Source of the DNA: Callorhinchus milii
Taxonomy: Eukaryota
NCBI RefSeq assembly: GCF_018977255.1
Contig: NW_024704742.1
Coordinates: 62,001 to 126,000, forward strand
DNA: 64,000 nucleotides
Direction: 5' to 3'
A program made the translations under genes and the position numbers. Below the pieces are notes generated by a model that was given only the letters and a program-made list of their open reading frames with translations, was not told the origin of the DNA and searched no databases. Below, piece after piece: positions 1-13,650 of the stretch (positions are counted from its first letter, which is position 1; the number at the start of each line of letters is the position of its first letter).

Positions 1-589
1 AGGGGGTTAGCAGATCGGAGCGGTAGGAGGGTCAAGAGCTTGAAGGTGCTGACAAGAATTTTGAACTCAATCCTCTGAGGGATGGGGAGCCAGTGGAGGC
101 GTATTATTAGGTACCGGCTCTCCCAAGTCCCTTTGCTGCTCTGATCCTTGTCACACACTGCTCTTCAATATATTCCCTCATCCTCACTCTCTCTAACAGT
201 TGTGAGTCATTAATATACATGGAAAAAGTAGTGGCTCTGGCACAGACTCCATTGCACTGGAAGAACAGCAACAACTTGCATTATAACAGAGCTCTTCACG
301 CAGGGTAGCATCTCGGGACACTCCCCCACCTAATCACCTTCTGCCTATTATCTGCCTCCCAACCTAGATAGATATTTGGGAAGGACAACTTTGCAGGGCT
401 ATGGTGAGAGAGCGGGAGAATGGGCTTAATTTGGATAAAGTTTGTGAGTTCACAGTCCAGGGGCTTGAACTTATAACCTTCAAACTCAGAGGTTACTGAC
501 TAATAACCTCAAACTCATCGAACTGTAAGCAACTTTGGGGTCAGTTTCAAACCCCAGTTATCCTTCCTACCCCACATCTGCTCCCTGAC

Positions 590-1170
590 CAGGACTGCCT
601 CCTCCTCCACCTCTGGCACATAGCCTGCCATCTCCCGTCTTACTTCAAACACTGATGAAACTCCCACCCTGATCTTTCGATTTATTTAGTTTAGTTTATA
701 AATAAGCTGGGAGCTCCTAACCCGAGCTCCCAGCTTATTTATAAACTAGGTCCAAATGAGTCAAAACTCTCACCTGTACCAGGCTCCATACATCCATCAT
801 CGCCAGGCTCCACTGATTGATTTCAAGTTCCTCATTCTCACTTTCAAATAACTTCATAGCTTGTCACCTCTCAACCATTTCAATCTGCTCACACCCCACT
901 TGACTCCTCTACACTCAGCTGACTCGGGTCTTCTTCACATCCCTTCTCTCATCTGCTCCACAATTGGCTACTGTGCTTTCAGCCACTACACTAGAATCTC
1001 TGTCACTCATTGCCTCAGTTCCTTGCCCCCTTTTTAACAGTTTTGAAATCAAACCTGAAGAGTTTCTTCTTCCACCGTGGCTTCCGTCATCTCCCCAAAC
1101 CATACTGCGTTAAGTCCTTCAAGATGCTACCCGAGTGAAGGGTGCTGAATAAATGCAAGTTGTTGTTGTA
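590..1170 (+). mobile_element. Decayed L2-clade LINE 3' fragment
   Basis: Similar to the 3' region of the copy at 60357-62093; ends AAATGCAAGTTGTTGTTG. Confidence 0.6.
692..748. repeat. Perfect 25-bp inverted repeat with 7-nt spacer
   Basis: TAGTTTATAAATAAGCTGGGAGCTC (692-716) and GAGCTCCCAGCTTATTTATAAACTA (724-748). Confidence 0.95.
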
Positions 1171-1302
1171 GAAATTAAGGGAGCAGTTGGTGAGACAGAA
1201 GTTGCCCATTTAAGCAAAAATAGAGAACAGTAGCAACAACAACAAGATTACATTTGTATAGTGCCTTTCACGTCGGGAGGATGTCCCTAGGCGCTGATCT
1301 CA

Positions 1303-2270
1303 ATCATAGAATCGTACAGCACAAAAAGAGGCCATTCGGCCCAGCGAGTCTGTGCCGGCTCTTTGAAAAGAGCAATGTAATGTCAATCCCACTCCCCAGT
1401 CCTTTCCCCATAACTCTGCAAACCCGTCCTCCTCAAATACCCATCCACCGCGTCTTTAAAAGTAATTATCTAATCGGCCTCCGCCGCCTTTTCAGGCAAT
1501 GCATTCCAGATTCGAGCTACTCACTGTGTGAAAACATTTCTTCTCACCTCCCCTCTGCTTCTTTTAGAGACTATTTTGAATCTGTGACCTCGAGTCACCG
1601 ACACATCCACCAGTGGAAACTGTTTTTCCCTTTCTAACCTATCAAATCCCCTCACGATTTTGAAAACCTCTATTAGGTTTCCTTGTAACCTTCTCTGCTC
1701 CAATGAGAATAATCCTATCCTCTCCAGCCTTTCCTCATAATCAAGGTCCCCCATTCCTGATCCCATCCTCGTAAATCTCCTCTACACCCTTTCCAATGCC
1801 TTAACATCCTTCCTATAGTGCGGTGCCCAGAACTGGGGCAGTATTCTAACTGAGGCCTAACCAGTGTTTATATGGGTTAATCATAACCTCCTGACTCTTG
1901 TACTCTATGCCCCTATTTATAAAGCCAACTATCCTATATGGCCTTTTTACAGCTTTATCTCCCTGTCCTGCACGTTCAAGGATTCATTTACCTGCACCCC
2001 CAGGTCTCTCTGTTCCTTTACTCCCCTTAAGATTGTATTACCAGCCTATATTACCTCCCTTCATTCTTTCTTCCAAAATGCATTATCCCGCATTTCTCCA
2101 CATTGAAATTAATCTGCCATGTGTCTGCCCATTTTACCATTCTGTCTATGTCTTCCTGCAGTTGGCTGCTATCCTTCTCATTGTTTACTACCCTACCTAA
2201 CTTTGTGTCATCCACAAACTTGGAAATGGTACTTGCTATATCCAAGTCCAGATCATTTACATATATTAAG
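1303..2270 (-). mobile_element. CR1 LINE 3' fragment (RT C-terminus)
   Basis: Minus-strand ORFs read IYVNDLD...SKFVDDTKLG...QEDIDRMVKWADTWQINFNVEKC and YEERLERIGLFSLEQRRLQGNLIEVFKI; ATTCTATG-type tail. Confidence 0.9.
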
Positions 2271-3059
2271 AAGAGGATATTAAAGGAGGAAATAGAAAGA
2301 AAGACTGAAAACATATAAAACTATAAAGAAAAAAGCAAAAAACTGCAAAAGAAAAGGATAACAAACAGTGAACAACACTGCAATAATGACATGAAAGCTT
2401 AATAATTAATAGTCATGTTACCTCCGATGGATCATTGGAGAGATTAATAATACTAATTGCATTTGATAGAGAGCCTTAGACGTCCCAAAATGCTTCACAG
2501 GATATCTGTAAGGTGGTTTGACTGTATTTTATGGGTAAAATGTAGCAATGTTCCACAAACGTGATTGAATGGGATTTTTTTCAGTGAAGTTCATGGAACT
2601 GGAAAATAAACAAGTCCTTGCATGAAGGCAACTGTCCTGCACAATTGTGTAATAAAGTGGCTTAAAATAAACAGGCACGTGTGTGGAACATCTGGGCACT
2701 ATTTCAGAAATACGATCCAAAACGAACCATCTTGTGATCAGCTATATCTTATCTGTTTTGTACATAGCTTTCGAAGGTATACAATATGAGCATTTTCACA
2801 GGATTTCACAGCATTTTCATTTTCACAAACTCAATATCTGCTGAAATACAGTATGTAGCTTTAATTTAATTCTCTCTTAAAGAAAGCAATTAATGCTCCA
2901 TATGTAGGATAATTTCTTGAGCTACAGAACAAAAACAATAAACAGTTTACAAAACCCCATGAGTTTAGTCTTTATGCAGCTTGGAAACTGCATAGCATGC
3001 AACTAATATTTATACAAAGTACTGGAAAATGTTTATGATCAACTAACTACACAAGTGAG

Positions 3060-3405
3060 AGTGAGAATCTCATTGGGAGCCCGTTGCATACAGCAATATC
3101 CCACAAACAGCCATGGAGTGAATGACCAATTGTATTTGGGGGATTCGTTGGCCAGGACACCAGGAGAAACTCCTTTCTCTCTTTTTGAATAGTGCCATGT
3201 TATCTTTAATGTCCACCTGAACCGGCAGTTGAGTCGGGATCTCCATTTAAAGTCCTTTATCTGAAGGATTCACCTCTGATAATGCAGCACTTCCAGCACT
3301 GTAATGATGCGTCAACTTAGAATGTGTGAGTTCAAGTCCTGACGTGGGGCTGGAACCTACAACCTTCTGACTCAAAGGCAAGAATGCTACCACTGTGCCA
3401 GGCTG
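3060..3405 (-). mobile_element. Deu-domain tRNA-derived SINE (decayed)
   Basis: The reverse strand shows a tRNA-like head and GGACATTAAAGAT...ATGGCACTATT...GGTGTCCTGGCCAAC, resembling the Deu domain as recalled from AmnSINE1-type elements. Confidence 0.6.
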
Positions 3406-5096
3406 ATACAGAGAATATGTAGGAGGAATGTTGTGACTGATTATCACAATATTGTAAATAAATATTCACAATCTGACTGTCACCAGCACACATATTATCC
3501 TGCAGCTGTTCCTGTTTTATTCCAACATCTGTTTCTTATTTAAGAAACTTATTTTATCTTGCATAAAACAGCAAGCTTTACAAATAAAAAAAGACTGGAA
3601 ATAAAAATGCAAAATGTGTGCATGTTTACCACACATTCCAACACAACAACACTGTTCCAGTGTTCAGCTACACACTGTGTTAATGATCCTGAGGTGATTG
3701 CCAAACCTTATAATCCAATACATCATAATGACCATCTTCTTACAAAACTCTACCACCCGTTGCTCAAATGCACCTAATTCCGCCCACTGGTCATCCTAGG
3801 CCTTGCCAGGTTCCATTGGCTCCCTAACCCCAAACAGATCAACTTCAAGACCCTCACTCTAGCATACAAATCCCTTCACTCCTCAGCACTTCTCAATCTC
3901 TCTGACCTGCTCATGCCCCATTCCACTGCTCACCCATTTCAATCAGCTAAAATAGGTCTCCCAACCCCTCCTCGTTACCATTGGTGGTTGTGCCTTCAGC
4001 CGTATGTACGTCCCTAACCTCTGGAACTCCCTCCATCAATTCCTTTGCCTTAGCCCCGCTTTTGTTTTAATCTTCAAATCCCACCTGAAGACCTCTACAA
4101 CCAAATCTATGGTCACCTTCCCCTCTCCTTTCTCCCTTGCTTGACATCCAACCCCATCTGCATGAAAAACACTATACAGCATGAAGAGAGTTATATAAAT
4201 GTTAGTTGTTGTAGTTGATATAAAGCCCCCTTCTGTCTGCAGGTTTGTGTCAATGACCAACTTGACATCAATTAGTCTTTGTCTTTGGCTGTGTGACTTA
4301 TCATGTCTGGCTAACAATAACTGCGATTCCTTTGTGCAAAGGACAGAAAATGAAACCTGCAGAGGAGGTCACCCTTATGTTAGCAATGTTGCAGTGTTAC
4401 ATTGATAACTGGACTAAGGAGAGGAAACCTGTCAATGAGATAGGTGTGGGGAGAGTTCTACCTCTATTTGAGCAAAGAAGCACAGTTCAAACTGAGTGTA
4501 ACTCTCCTCACTGGGTGAGGACATTCCACATTTTTTGTGAACTGTTATGAAATCTCAAACATGTGGCACTGAGTTTATACAATTACAACATAACTGCAAG
4601 ACTCATTACAAAAGAACTGCCAAAAAGAACTTGATGTACTCATTAATCAAAAAAATGTGACTAAAGTGTCCCTTCATAAAGACAAGCTCCCTCACACGCA
4701 CCTTCTTGAATTATAAACTCATTTTCCTAAGTCCCATGTAGACCTTGTTGCTTAAATTGACCTTCTTGAAAATTGTCAGATCTCTGGCTTCAGCATCCTT
4801 TGTCCCCACTAAATTGCCAAGTATTTCCTACCCTCTATCAGACCCGCAGATAGAACAGCAGCAATCTATGCAAACTCAAATCTATCAAGTCTATGGTAGA
4901 GAGCAAATTGGATAAAGCCTATATGCTCTCCATACAGTTTGAGACATTCTCCCAATGTGAAAGGCACTGTAACATTGTGAATTGTATTTTATTGTACTGT
5001 AACGTTTCTCATCAACTACAATCAGATATGGTTTGGCAATATCAAGTTTGCCACTCTTCCTTTCTGCGACCAAACCCTTCTTTTAATCTTTTAATA

Positions 5097-5410
5097 GTGG
5101 AGTCCTGCAGCTCAATGGTTAGAGCACTCGCTTTGCAAGCGAGAGACCTGAGTTCAATTCCAGGCAGAGGGCGAAACCTTGGGCAAGTTTCCTTACTCCA
5201 CACAGAGCCTAATAATAATTCCTCCAAAAAAAAACAATAATAAATTGGTCATTTTCAATGTACGACTGTTTGTGGGACATTGCTGTGCGCAATTGGCTGC
5301 CGCGTTCGCCCACAAATATGCGGTCAATTCACTTTACAGTATATTCTGTGAAGCACTTTGGGACGTCTAGAAGACGTGAAAAGCGCTATATCAAATGCAA
5401 GGATTATTAT
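5097..5410 (+). mobile_element. Young tRNA-derived SINE with L2-like tail
   Basis: A box AGCTCAATGG, B box GAGTTCAATTCC, shared body and (ATT)n tail; many near-identical copies in the window. Confidence 0.9.
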
Positions 5411-8400
5411 AATTTAGGATCATTCTAGAGAGTAAGGAATATCCCAAATTTATTTTCTCTGCCACCTACTATCTATCTCATCAGATCTCCTTCTCTTACC
5501 CTTTGCATCTCTTGATTTAAAATGGGACGAGATTATGGAATTCTTTTAGACTAATACTTGTAATAGTTTATTAGGTTAAATTTGATATATAATCAATACT
5601 TATTATACTTATTTGTTACAGCAAATTTCACATCGGTAGAATGTCTAAATGTGCTTCACAGGATACATTGTATTTTTCAATATTTATAGAAATGTGCTAT
5701 TTCATGACAATTTATCTTAATATTTTATATACCTAAACAGCATTGTCACATTATTATTTTTAATGTTTTAAACTGTTCCAAACTTTGTTTCATTTCTAAA
5801 TTTTCTATACAAATGTGGCTCTATTTTAATAAAAAGAATCTTAGTTCTATTATAGAGGTTAATGTTTATTGTTTCTATCTGTAGAGCTTGTCTAATTTGA
5901 ACATTCAGAGAGTTAATAAAGAAACATTGCATATCTCTATTATATGTGTAATCAATATTTATTATGCAATGCATATAACAATGTAGATGAACTGGCTGAA
6001 GATTGAGAAGCATCATGGAGCACACTCATAACAACAATATGATAATAATAATAGAATAAGCCAAGAATAAAACAAAGTGAATGGTTTTAACTCCTCGTCC
6101 CTCAGATCACATGAAATTATAATCTCCTCCAATGTTTCAAAGATTTGCAAAAGCAAGTTGTTAAGATCACAAAATCACAACGGAGGTTTAGATAAAGAAG
6201 GCCATTTGTCCCATTTGATCTCATCCTTCCAGAATTCCCAATCTACCATCTTTCCATCACAGCGATTTTTTAAAAATAAATCCAGCACCCTGCCCTCAAA
6301 CTTTTCCTGGTAATCTGTTCCAGTCATCAATTACCTTCTGGGCAATTCCTGGTGTGTGTCCTGAAATTGTCCTTTGTAATCATAGATCTGTGTCCTCTTG
6401 TTCTGCTGTCTGTAAATATTGTTCTAGTTTACTGTCTCAATCCCATTTATTATCTAATATCCCTTCTAGATATCCCTTCTCCTAAATTTCAATGGTATTA
6501 GTGGCCAAGACTGGAAACCAAGGCATTATGTAAGTCAACTAGATTTTCACTGTGTTACAGTCTCTCGGTACTCCAACCTTCTCCTGCTTCCAAAATCCTC
6601 CGATAAACACTTTGACCACCTCTAAACTGCTCATACTTCTTGTTCGGTGTCCACAATTCTCATTGTTACGTGCTTTGAGTTGTGAATGGTGCTATACAAA
6701 TGTATGTTCTTCATGGAAGAGGGTCATCTATTAATCTAATAGTGGGAGCATCTTTTGAAATCTCCCTAAATGATTTGATATGAGAGGTTGCTACCAGTAA
6801 CACAAATATTAATAATAATAATACTTGCATTTGATATACTGCCTTATCACATTGTTGAGACATCTCAAAGCGCTTCGCAAAATATACTGTAAAGTGAATT
6901 GACTGCATATTTTGTGGGGAAACACAGCAGCCAATTTTGCACAGCGGTGCACCAGTCGTAGATTGAGTGACCACATTTTTTTAAATGATATTATTAAACA
7001 TCTTACTCTTAAATTCTGAATTCTTTTCATAATATTTGCTTGGAGGCCACTGGCTCTCTGACAAACCATTCAACTCTAGGGATTTCAAATGCGAAGTGAA
7101 TGCCAAATAAATAATAATAATAATAATCCTTGCATTTGATATAGCACTTTTCACATCTTCCAGATGTCTCAAAGCACTTCACAGAATATTCTGCAAAGTG
7201 AATTGACTGTATTTTTGTGGGCGAAATAATCACTGTCATCCTGCATTATTTAGTGACAGACATCACTGAAAAGGCATGTATAAAGTGAGTAAGGAAAACA
7301 TATCATAACAAATTGAAATAGAAAGCTCCGCCCCTCTCTCTCCCTCCTCTCTTCACAACATTTATCTTCTGCTTTGGGGATTTCAAAAAAAAACTTTTTA
7401 TTTTTATGAAGGTGATAATCATTACTGAAGGGAGGTTAGCAGATGATTTTGAACTGGTTTACTTGTTGTTCAAGGCAGGCTAAGATGCTTCCAGTCTTAT
7501 TTCTATTGAAGGCAAATATAAACCTGAACAATTTACTCCAAGTATGGGAATTGAATAACCTGGTTTCTATTTGACTTGACATACATGCTGGATGCTGGAT
7601 GAATTGGATTCACATTAGATGAGTACTTTGACCTGTATTGTGGCACTGTCTCCAGAATGTTTGCATACACTTACAATGGGTTTTCTTTGTCAATGATCTC
7701 ATTGTGTACACAGAGCAATAGAGTGAAGCCAAACATTAAGAAGCAGTTCCGATATATCTTGGCTGGTTCCTTTGGTGATTGACGACACGAGGAGGAATTT
7801 ATATTCTGCCAGAAATTAAATTGGGTGGTTGGAATGTGCAATATTCTGCCAGAAACCGTTTTTAAGCAGAGTCCATAAATTCTCTGCAAAGTGAATTAAC
7901 TGGACGTTTGAAAAAGAGGAATGTCTGGGCTATGGGGAGTGAGCAGGAGAAGGTGATTAAACAAAGTGGCTGATGGGCCGAATAGCATGTTGCTGTTGCA
8001 TAATACCCTGGGGCACAATTTGTGGTATTTCACAAGCAGTTTCTTGTGTTAATCAGCACAAGGAAACTGGCAAATTGTTTACTCTTTCTTACTTGTTTAT
8101 TCAGAACCTACTTTAAATCAGAGCGCTGTTCCAGATTCCCTCTCCCGGGCAGCTGGCTTTTTGCCAGTAAAAGAAAGACCAGGGAATGAACTTGTATTTA
8201 TATAGCGCTCTTCATGCAGGCAGGGTGTCGGCCCGCTTAACTGCGATGTGCTTTGACTGAGCTGCAAAAGGAGAAGAGGTGGCCAAAGGCCCAGTCGAAG
8301 AGGAAAAAGTCTTCAGGTGTGATTTTAATTAACTTTACATGGTAAGCTTCCTGGTGTAGACCAGGATTGTGGTTGTAAGTCCACATCGGGAATTTTAATT

Positions 8401-9222
8401 CAGGGAAATCCATGTAAAGTCTCCAGCAACAAAAATGTCTTTACCTGAAATTACAGAATGTTTTCATAAGAAACAGATGCTAAACATGACATTTGATTTG
8501 AAGACCAACTGGCTCTCTGAATGAACCTCCCATTGCATTCAGCTTTTATGACAGTGTCAATACAGTTTCCTTGGCTTTCTTTCCTGACAAGCAGCCAGCT
8601 AACCACGAGAAACTAGCTGTGGTGCAAAAATGGAACAGCTAAAACAGCAGCACCCGGAGTTAAGTTCTTACTAATTGGCGCAATTGGCTGCCGCGTTCGC
8701 CCACAAATATACAGTCAAATCACTTTACAGTGTGTTCTGTGAAGCGCTTTGGGATATCCTCCCGACATGAAAAGCGCTATACCAAATGCAAGGATTATTA
8801 TTATTATTATTATATTACTAATTAATTAATTGGTGTGCTCTGACTGAGCTGGAAAGTGGAGAGGTATCCAAAGGCAGGGACAAAGAGAAAAGATTTCCCA
8901 CATACGCTCCCCCCCTCCCCCCAACAACACTTGACTACCCAGTCAACTGCATAAAGTGCTTTGAAATGTGTGGAAACGTTTGTCAATGAGGGAACAGTAT
9001 ATTAGCCCACAGCGATATTAGAGGGAGCACAAAGAAAGGACAAGGAATCGTGTTTCAAATGCCTAAAACAGGACAACTATCTCTCGGGACTTAGAGCTTC
9101 ACATGCTATTTTGCACATACTGTATGTGGAACCCAATAAACAGTAAAATGGAAGCACATCAACTGAAATTAATGATAAAAATGGAAAGGCTGTACGAAAA
9201 AGGTGTACAGTATTGTTAGAGT

Positions 9223-9547
9223 TATAATAATAATAATAATCCTTGCATTTGATATAGCGCTTTTCACGTCGGGAGGACGTCCCAAAGCGCTTCACAGAAC
9301 ACACTGTAAAGTGAATTGACTGTATATTTGTGGGCGAACGCGGCAGCCGATTGCGCACAACAATGTCCCACAAACAGTCATAGATTGAAAATGACCAATT
9401 TATTATTGTTTTGGTTTTGGAGGGATTAGTATTAGGCTCTGTGTGGAGTAAGGAAACTTGCCCAAGGTTTCGCCCTCTGCCTGGAATTGAACTCAGGTCT
9501 CTCGCTTGCAAAGCGAGTGCTCTAACCACTGAGCTACAGGACTCCAC
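9223..9547 (-). mobile_element. Young tRNA-derived SINE
   Basis: Full-length reverse copy of the 16372-16703 element. Confidence 0.92.
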
Positions 9548-9554
9548 ACACAGT

Positions 9555-9848
9555 TCTGTAGAGTAGTGGTTACAGCACTCGCCTTGCAAGCGAGAGGACC
9601 TGGGTTTGATTCCAAGGCACGGAGAAACCTTAGGCACGTTTCCTTACCTGGCTGTTAGTCGATTGGGGGATTACTTTCTGGCGGTAATAATCCCTTCAAA
9701 ACAAAAGATTAATAATAATATGATTATATGACACTGCTATGCACAATTGGCTGCCATATTTCACCCACAAATATATAATCAATTCACTTTACAGTGTATT
9801 TTGACGATTTGATAAGGCGCTATATTAAATGCAAGGATTATTATTATT
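9555..9848 (+). mobile_element. Older tRNA-derived SINE, head-to-head with the previous copy
   Basis: Diverged head (GTGGTTACAGCACTCGCCTTGCAAGCGAG) and (ATT)n tail. Confidence 0.8.
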
Positions 9849-10374
9849 ACAGTAACTGCAGATAATGGCCATTATTAAATTGATTTATTAATTTGCCAAA
9901 TTGTATTAACAGTAATGGTTATACTTCATTGCATTGAACCATGACAGTCCTAAAAGATAACCCATTCAGCCTAGTCATCACTGTTAGTGAAATGCATATG
10001 CTGAAAATCATCTGTCACCAGTAGTCAGAAATGAATCATGTGTGGATCATCAGTGTGGAACAGAAACAGGAAACACTGCAATGAAATTGGTGAGGCATTG
10101 CACATATCCATCTCAAACACATTTAGTACTTGAGGTAGTAAGCATCACAGACATATTCATTAATTCCAGAATAATGGTGAGACATCTTCAACCTGAGTGA
10201 GCAGTTTGCAGGTTGCAAGACTGCCATGGATACAGCAGTTAATTAGATCAAAAATAGAAGCACGAAAATCATACATATACTGTACTGCCCTTTTGCATTC
10301 CACTAAGCATGCTTTGAAATCTCCAATAAAGAAAGCTAAGTAAATGCATATTTTAATAAAATTACACATTATCG

Positions 10375-11535
10375 CAACTTCACAACTTGGATTTATAGTG
10401 TGCCCTCCACGCCGGACAGCGTCTCAGAGCACTTCACAGTAACGCTCCCACAGGTGACTGGGTGAGACCGGGAGGAGAAGCCGTTTGTGCAGATGTACTG
10501 CTGGCGGTTTGTGAGGCGAGTGCGGTCCTACTGAAGTGGATGACGGAGGAAAAGCGGTGGAGGAGGATAGTGTGATCGACTGTGTCGAACGCGGCGGAGA
10601 GGTCCAGGAGGACAAGGAGGCAGAGGGATCCCTGGTCACTGATAGAGAGTATGTCGTTTGTGACTTTCACAAGCACAGTCTCTGTACTGTGGGTGGAAAC
10701 TGGACTGGAGGGGTTCGAAGAGGGAGTGGGAGGAGAGGTGTGGTGAAGTTGGTTGGCAACAACGCATTCTAGGACTTTGGCAAGGAAGGGAGTTTGAAAT
10801 AGGGCGGTAGTGGCTGGGGTTTGAGGGATCTAGGGAGGGTTTTTTCAGGAGGGGGGTGATGACAGCAGTTTTGAAGGGGGCAGGGATTGATCCAGAGAAG
10901 AGGGACTGGTTGATGATGTCAGCTAGTAGTGGGCAGAGGAGGGGGAGCTGAGTGACTAGTAAGTTGGTGGGGAGGGGGTCGAGGCAGCAGGTGGTGGGTT
11001 TCATTGATGTGATGGTGGGTGAGAGGGAGGAGGGAGAGATGGGATGAAGGAATGTAGAATGGGGGTGGTGGTAGGAGCAGATGATGAAGAAGATGAGGGG
11101 GACAGACAGGGCATAGTGGTGGGTGACAAGGGGCAGGTGGATGTGGCTGCCTGGTGGATGTTAAGTATTTTAGATGAAAAGAAGTCCATGACCTCCTCGT
11201 ACTGGGCATTTGATACAAAGATTGAGGAGGCCTGAGGTGGGGGGGCACGGAGGTTGTGGTGGGTGGTGGAAAAAAGGATCTTAGGGTTGTGTTTAGCCTC
11301 CAAGATGATGTTGGAGTAGAAGGCCGTTTTTGCGCGTGTCAAAGAACGACGGTAGCCGTGGAGCTGCTCGAGCCACAGTTGGCGGTGAACTGTCAGGCCA
11401 GTTTTCCGCCATCTGCACATGAGCAGACGAGTTTGGGTTTTTTGGTGGCGGAGATGGTTGTTGTACCAGGTGGATCGGGTGGGTTTGGAGATGGTCCTGG
11501 ATTTTAGGGGGACGAGGGAGAAACAATTCCTTTCT
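10375..11535 (-). mobile_element. L2-clade LINE fragment (internally deleted)
   Basis: Minus-strand ORFs read LDPLPTNLL...[23 protein letters not shown] and [21 protein letters not shown], joined to an L2 tail at ~10375-10450. Confidence 0.9.
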
Positions 11536-13100
11536 TAGTCTTTGTGGTTCAGTTTCACACAGAGCAGAGGCTTCACCAACTGAGCCACTCGAGGAGCTCA
11601 TTATGATTTGGTCAGCTGATTCCAATATGTGGAAATGTGTGGAAATATTTTTCAGTTGTTAACTCACTGCTTCTTTCACTTCCTACTTATTGCACAATGT
11701 GTAGGAAGCATTGCTATCACTTCCATTAGGAAATTACATCAATGGGGTTTCCTGCACATGGAGCCCCTGCACGACATGTAGGAAGTGATGCTAGTGGCAA
11801 CCTGATGAAATGAAAGGTGGTCATGTTTTACTACAGATTTATCAGCGCAGGAAGCTGGGTGTAACATGATTGGAGTTAGTGTGGGTTCACATATTACATT
11901 GAGGGGCTCTATAACTGGATTTCCCTATAATGTAGTGCTCAGAATAGAAGGTGTCTTAATTATTCTAGGCTTTAATGGAGTAAAATCTGCAAATGTCACA
12001 ATAGATTCAATGATATAACATTGACAATCATCTCAAGTATGTTATCACACTGAATTTGCAATAAAATGCATCTCTCTCATTTTTGATCGTCTCAATCAAC
12101 TCTGAATCTGTGCTTTCTAAGGCAGTAAATATTCCATATTCTCATGACTCATTTGTAACTATTTTTACTAGGATGTGGCATTCCGCAAATAGCACACACT
12201 GTAGTCAAAGTGAATTACAACAACAACAAAATTACATTTGAAAAGTGCCTTTCATGTCGGGAGGACGTCCCAAGGTGTTGAACAGTCGGGGATCAGGACC
12301 CGTGGGGGCAGGGTTGGGATGAGGGAGGACAGAGAGGTAGGAGGGCGGCTGAAGGAATGGTCGAAAAGTCATACCTTGAAGGAGGCAAGTGGAGTGAGGC
12401 GAAGGGATTGTAGAATGGAGCTCCAAACAGAAGGGCCTCGGTCTTGCTGACATTCAGCTATAGAAAGTTAGCTCTCATCCAGGACTTGATGTTTCACAGA
12501 CAGTCTGTCAGGTGATAGTTGTCCTGGAATTGAATTAGTGAGAGAAGGAGGGTGTTTTTGGTCAGCTGGGTGGCTGACACATAGCAGCAACCCATGCTCA
12601 AGAGAATGTGAGTTCCTCAAATGTGAGCCTCATATGGAAATATTTCAACATGGAAATTTCACTGTGTCTGGAAAGAATTGTGCACAGCCTCTCTGGAGCG
12701 ACGCACCCTGCTTATCTAATTCCAGAATGTATGAGGCTAAGGTTGGCAAGAATCAAAGCTTTGGAATCCCAGAATGTGTGCTAGAGTAACTGCAGGAGTT
12801 TAACCAGATAAACCTGTACAGCTTGCCATTGAAAGCATTGCCTGGGAATCTTCCCATTGTTTGTTTAGTTAGTACCACCTGTCCATTTGGGTGTTGGCTT
12901 ACAGGACTACAGGAGCTGAGTGGGAGGAATCTCTGCCTCAGGGATTGGTCCATCCCTTCAAATCCTGCTGATGAGCCAAGCTGGCTGTGCTGTCATCAGT
13001 GGCGATCTGGTAAATTACAGACCCTCCTCGCTGAGGAACAAACTACTGAGATCGCCACTGAAGATCGACTCATTTCCAAACTTTGCATTGCCAAGCATAT

Positions 13101-13650
13101 GTCAGTCTGGCTCAGATGGTAGCGTTCTCACTTCAGAGTCAGAAGTTTGTGGGTTCAAGCCCTTGGAATTCATATAGTCTAGTGCAGGATGATCCAATCT
13201 TTTGGTTGCTGAGGGCTGGATGCCGGTTTGAGAAATGTCCGCGAGCCACATAAGGAATATTTTAATTCTGGTTGGCCAGACCCATTTGTCAGGCAGAGCC
13301 TAAGCCTCCAGTGACCATCTCCTGCTTGGCTCGGTGCCTGCTTGTCACCTGTATTTCCTCTTAGGAAATAAAATTTTAAATGGTTTGTGATAATGAAATC
13401 ATACCCTGGACCACATGCGGCCCATGTGCCACCAGTTGGATCATCCTGGTCTACACTGACACTGCAAACCGCGTTAGGTGAGCGTGCGGTGTTGGAGATG
13501 CAGTCCTTTGGATGAGCAGTTAAATCGAGGTCCCGTCTGCCTGTTCAACTGGACGTTATAGATCCCATGGCACTATTTGAAAAGAGAAGGGAATTTCACC
13601 GAGTGTCCTGGCCAACAATCCCACAAATTAAATTGGTCATTTGCTTCATG
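13101..13650 (+). mobile_element. Deu-domain SINE interrupted by a MITE and an L2
   Basis: tRNA-like head at 13101-13180 and Deu-like domain at 13500-13620; the body appears to resume at ~16209. Confidence 0.7.
13185..13448. mobile_element. hAT (Charlie/MER30-like) MITE, 264 bp
   Basis: Perfect 13-bp TIRs CAGGATGATCCAA (13185-13197) and TTGGATCATCCTG (13436-13448). Flanks GTCTAGTG and GTCTACAC resemble a decayed 8-bp NTCTAGAN TSD. Confidence 0.85.

Noticed and set aside
5560..6120. AT-rich region resembling a minus-strand cytokine 3'UTR
   Set aside because: No associated coding exons or CXC motif found on the minus strand.
9077..9637. Recurrent ORFs such as VESCSSVVRALALQ...KCKDYYYY
   Set aside because: Chance open frames through SINE copies; poly-Y/I/N runs are the (ATT)n tails.
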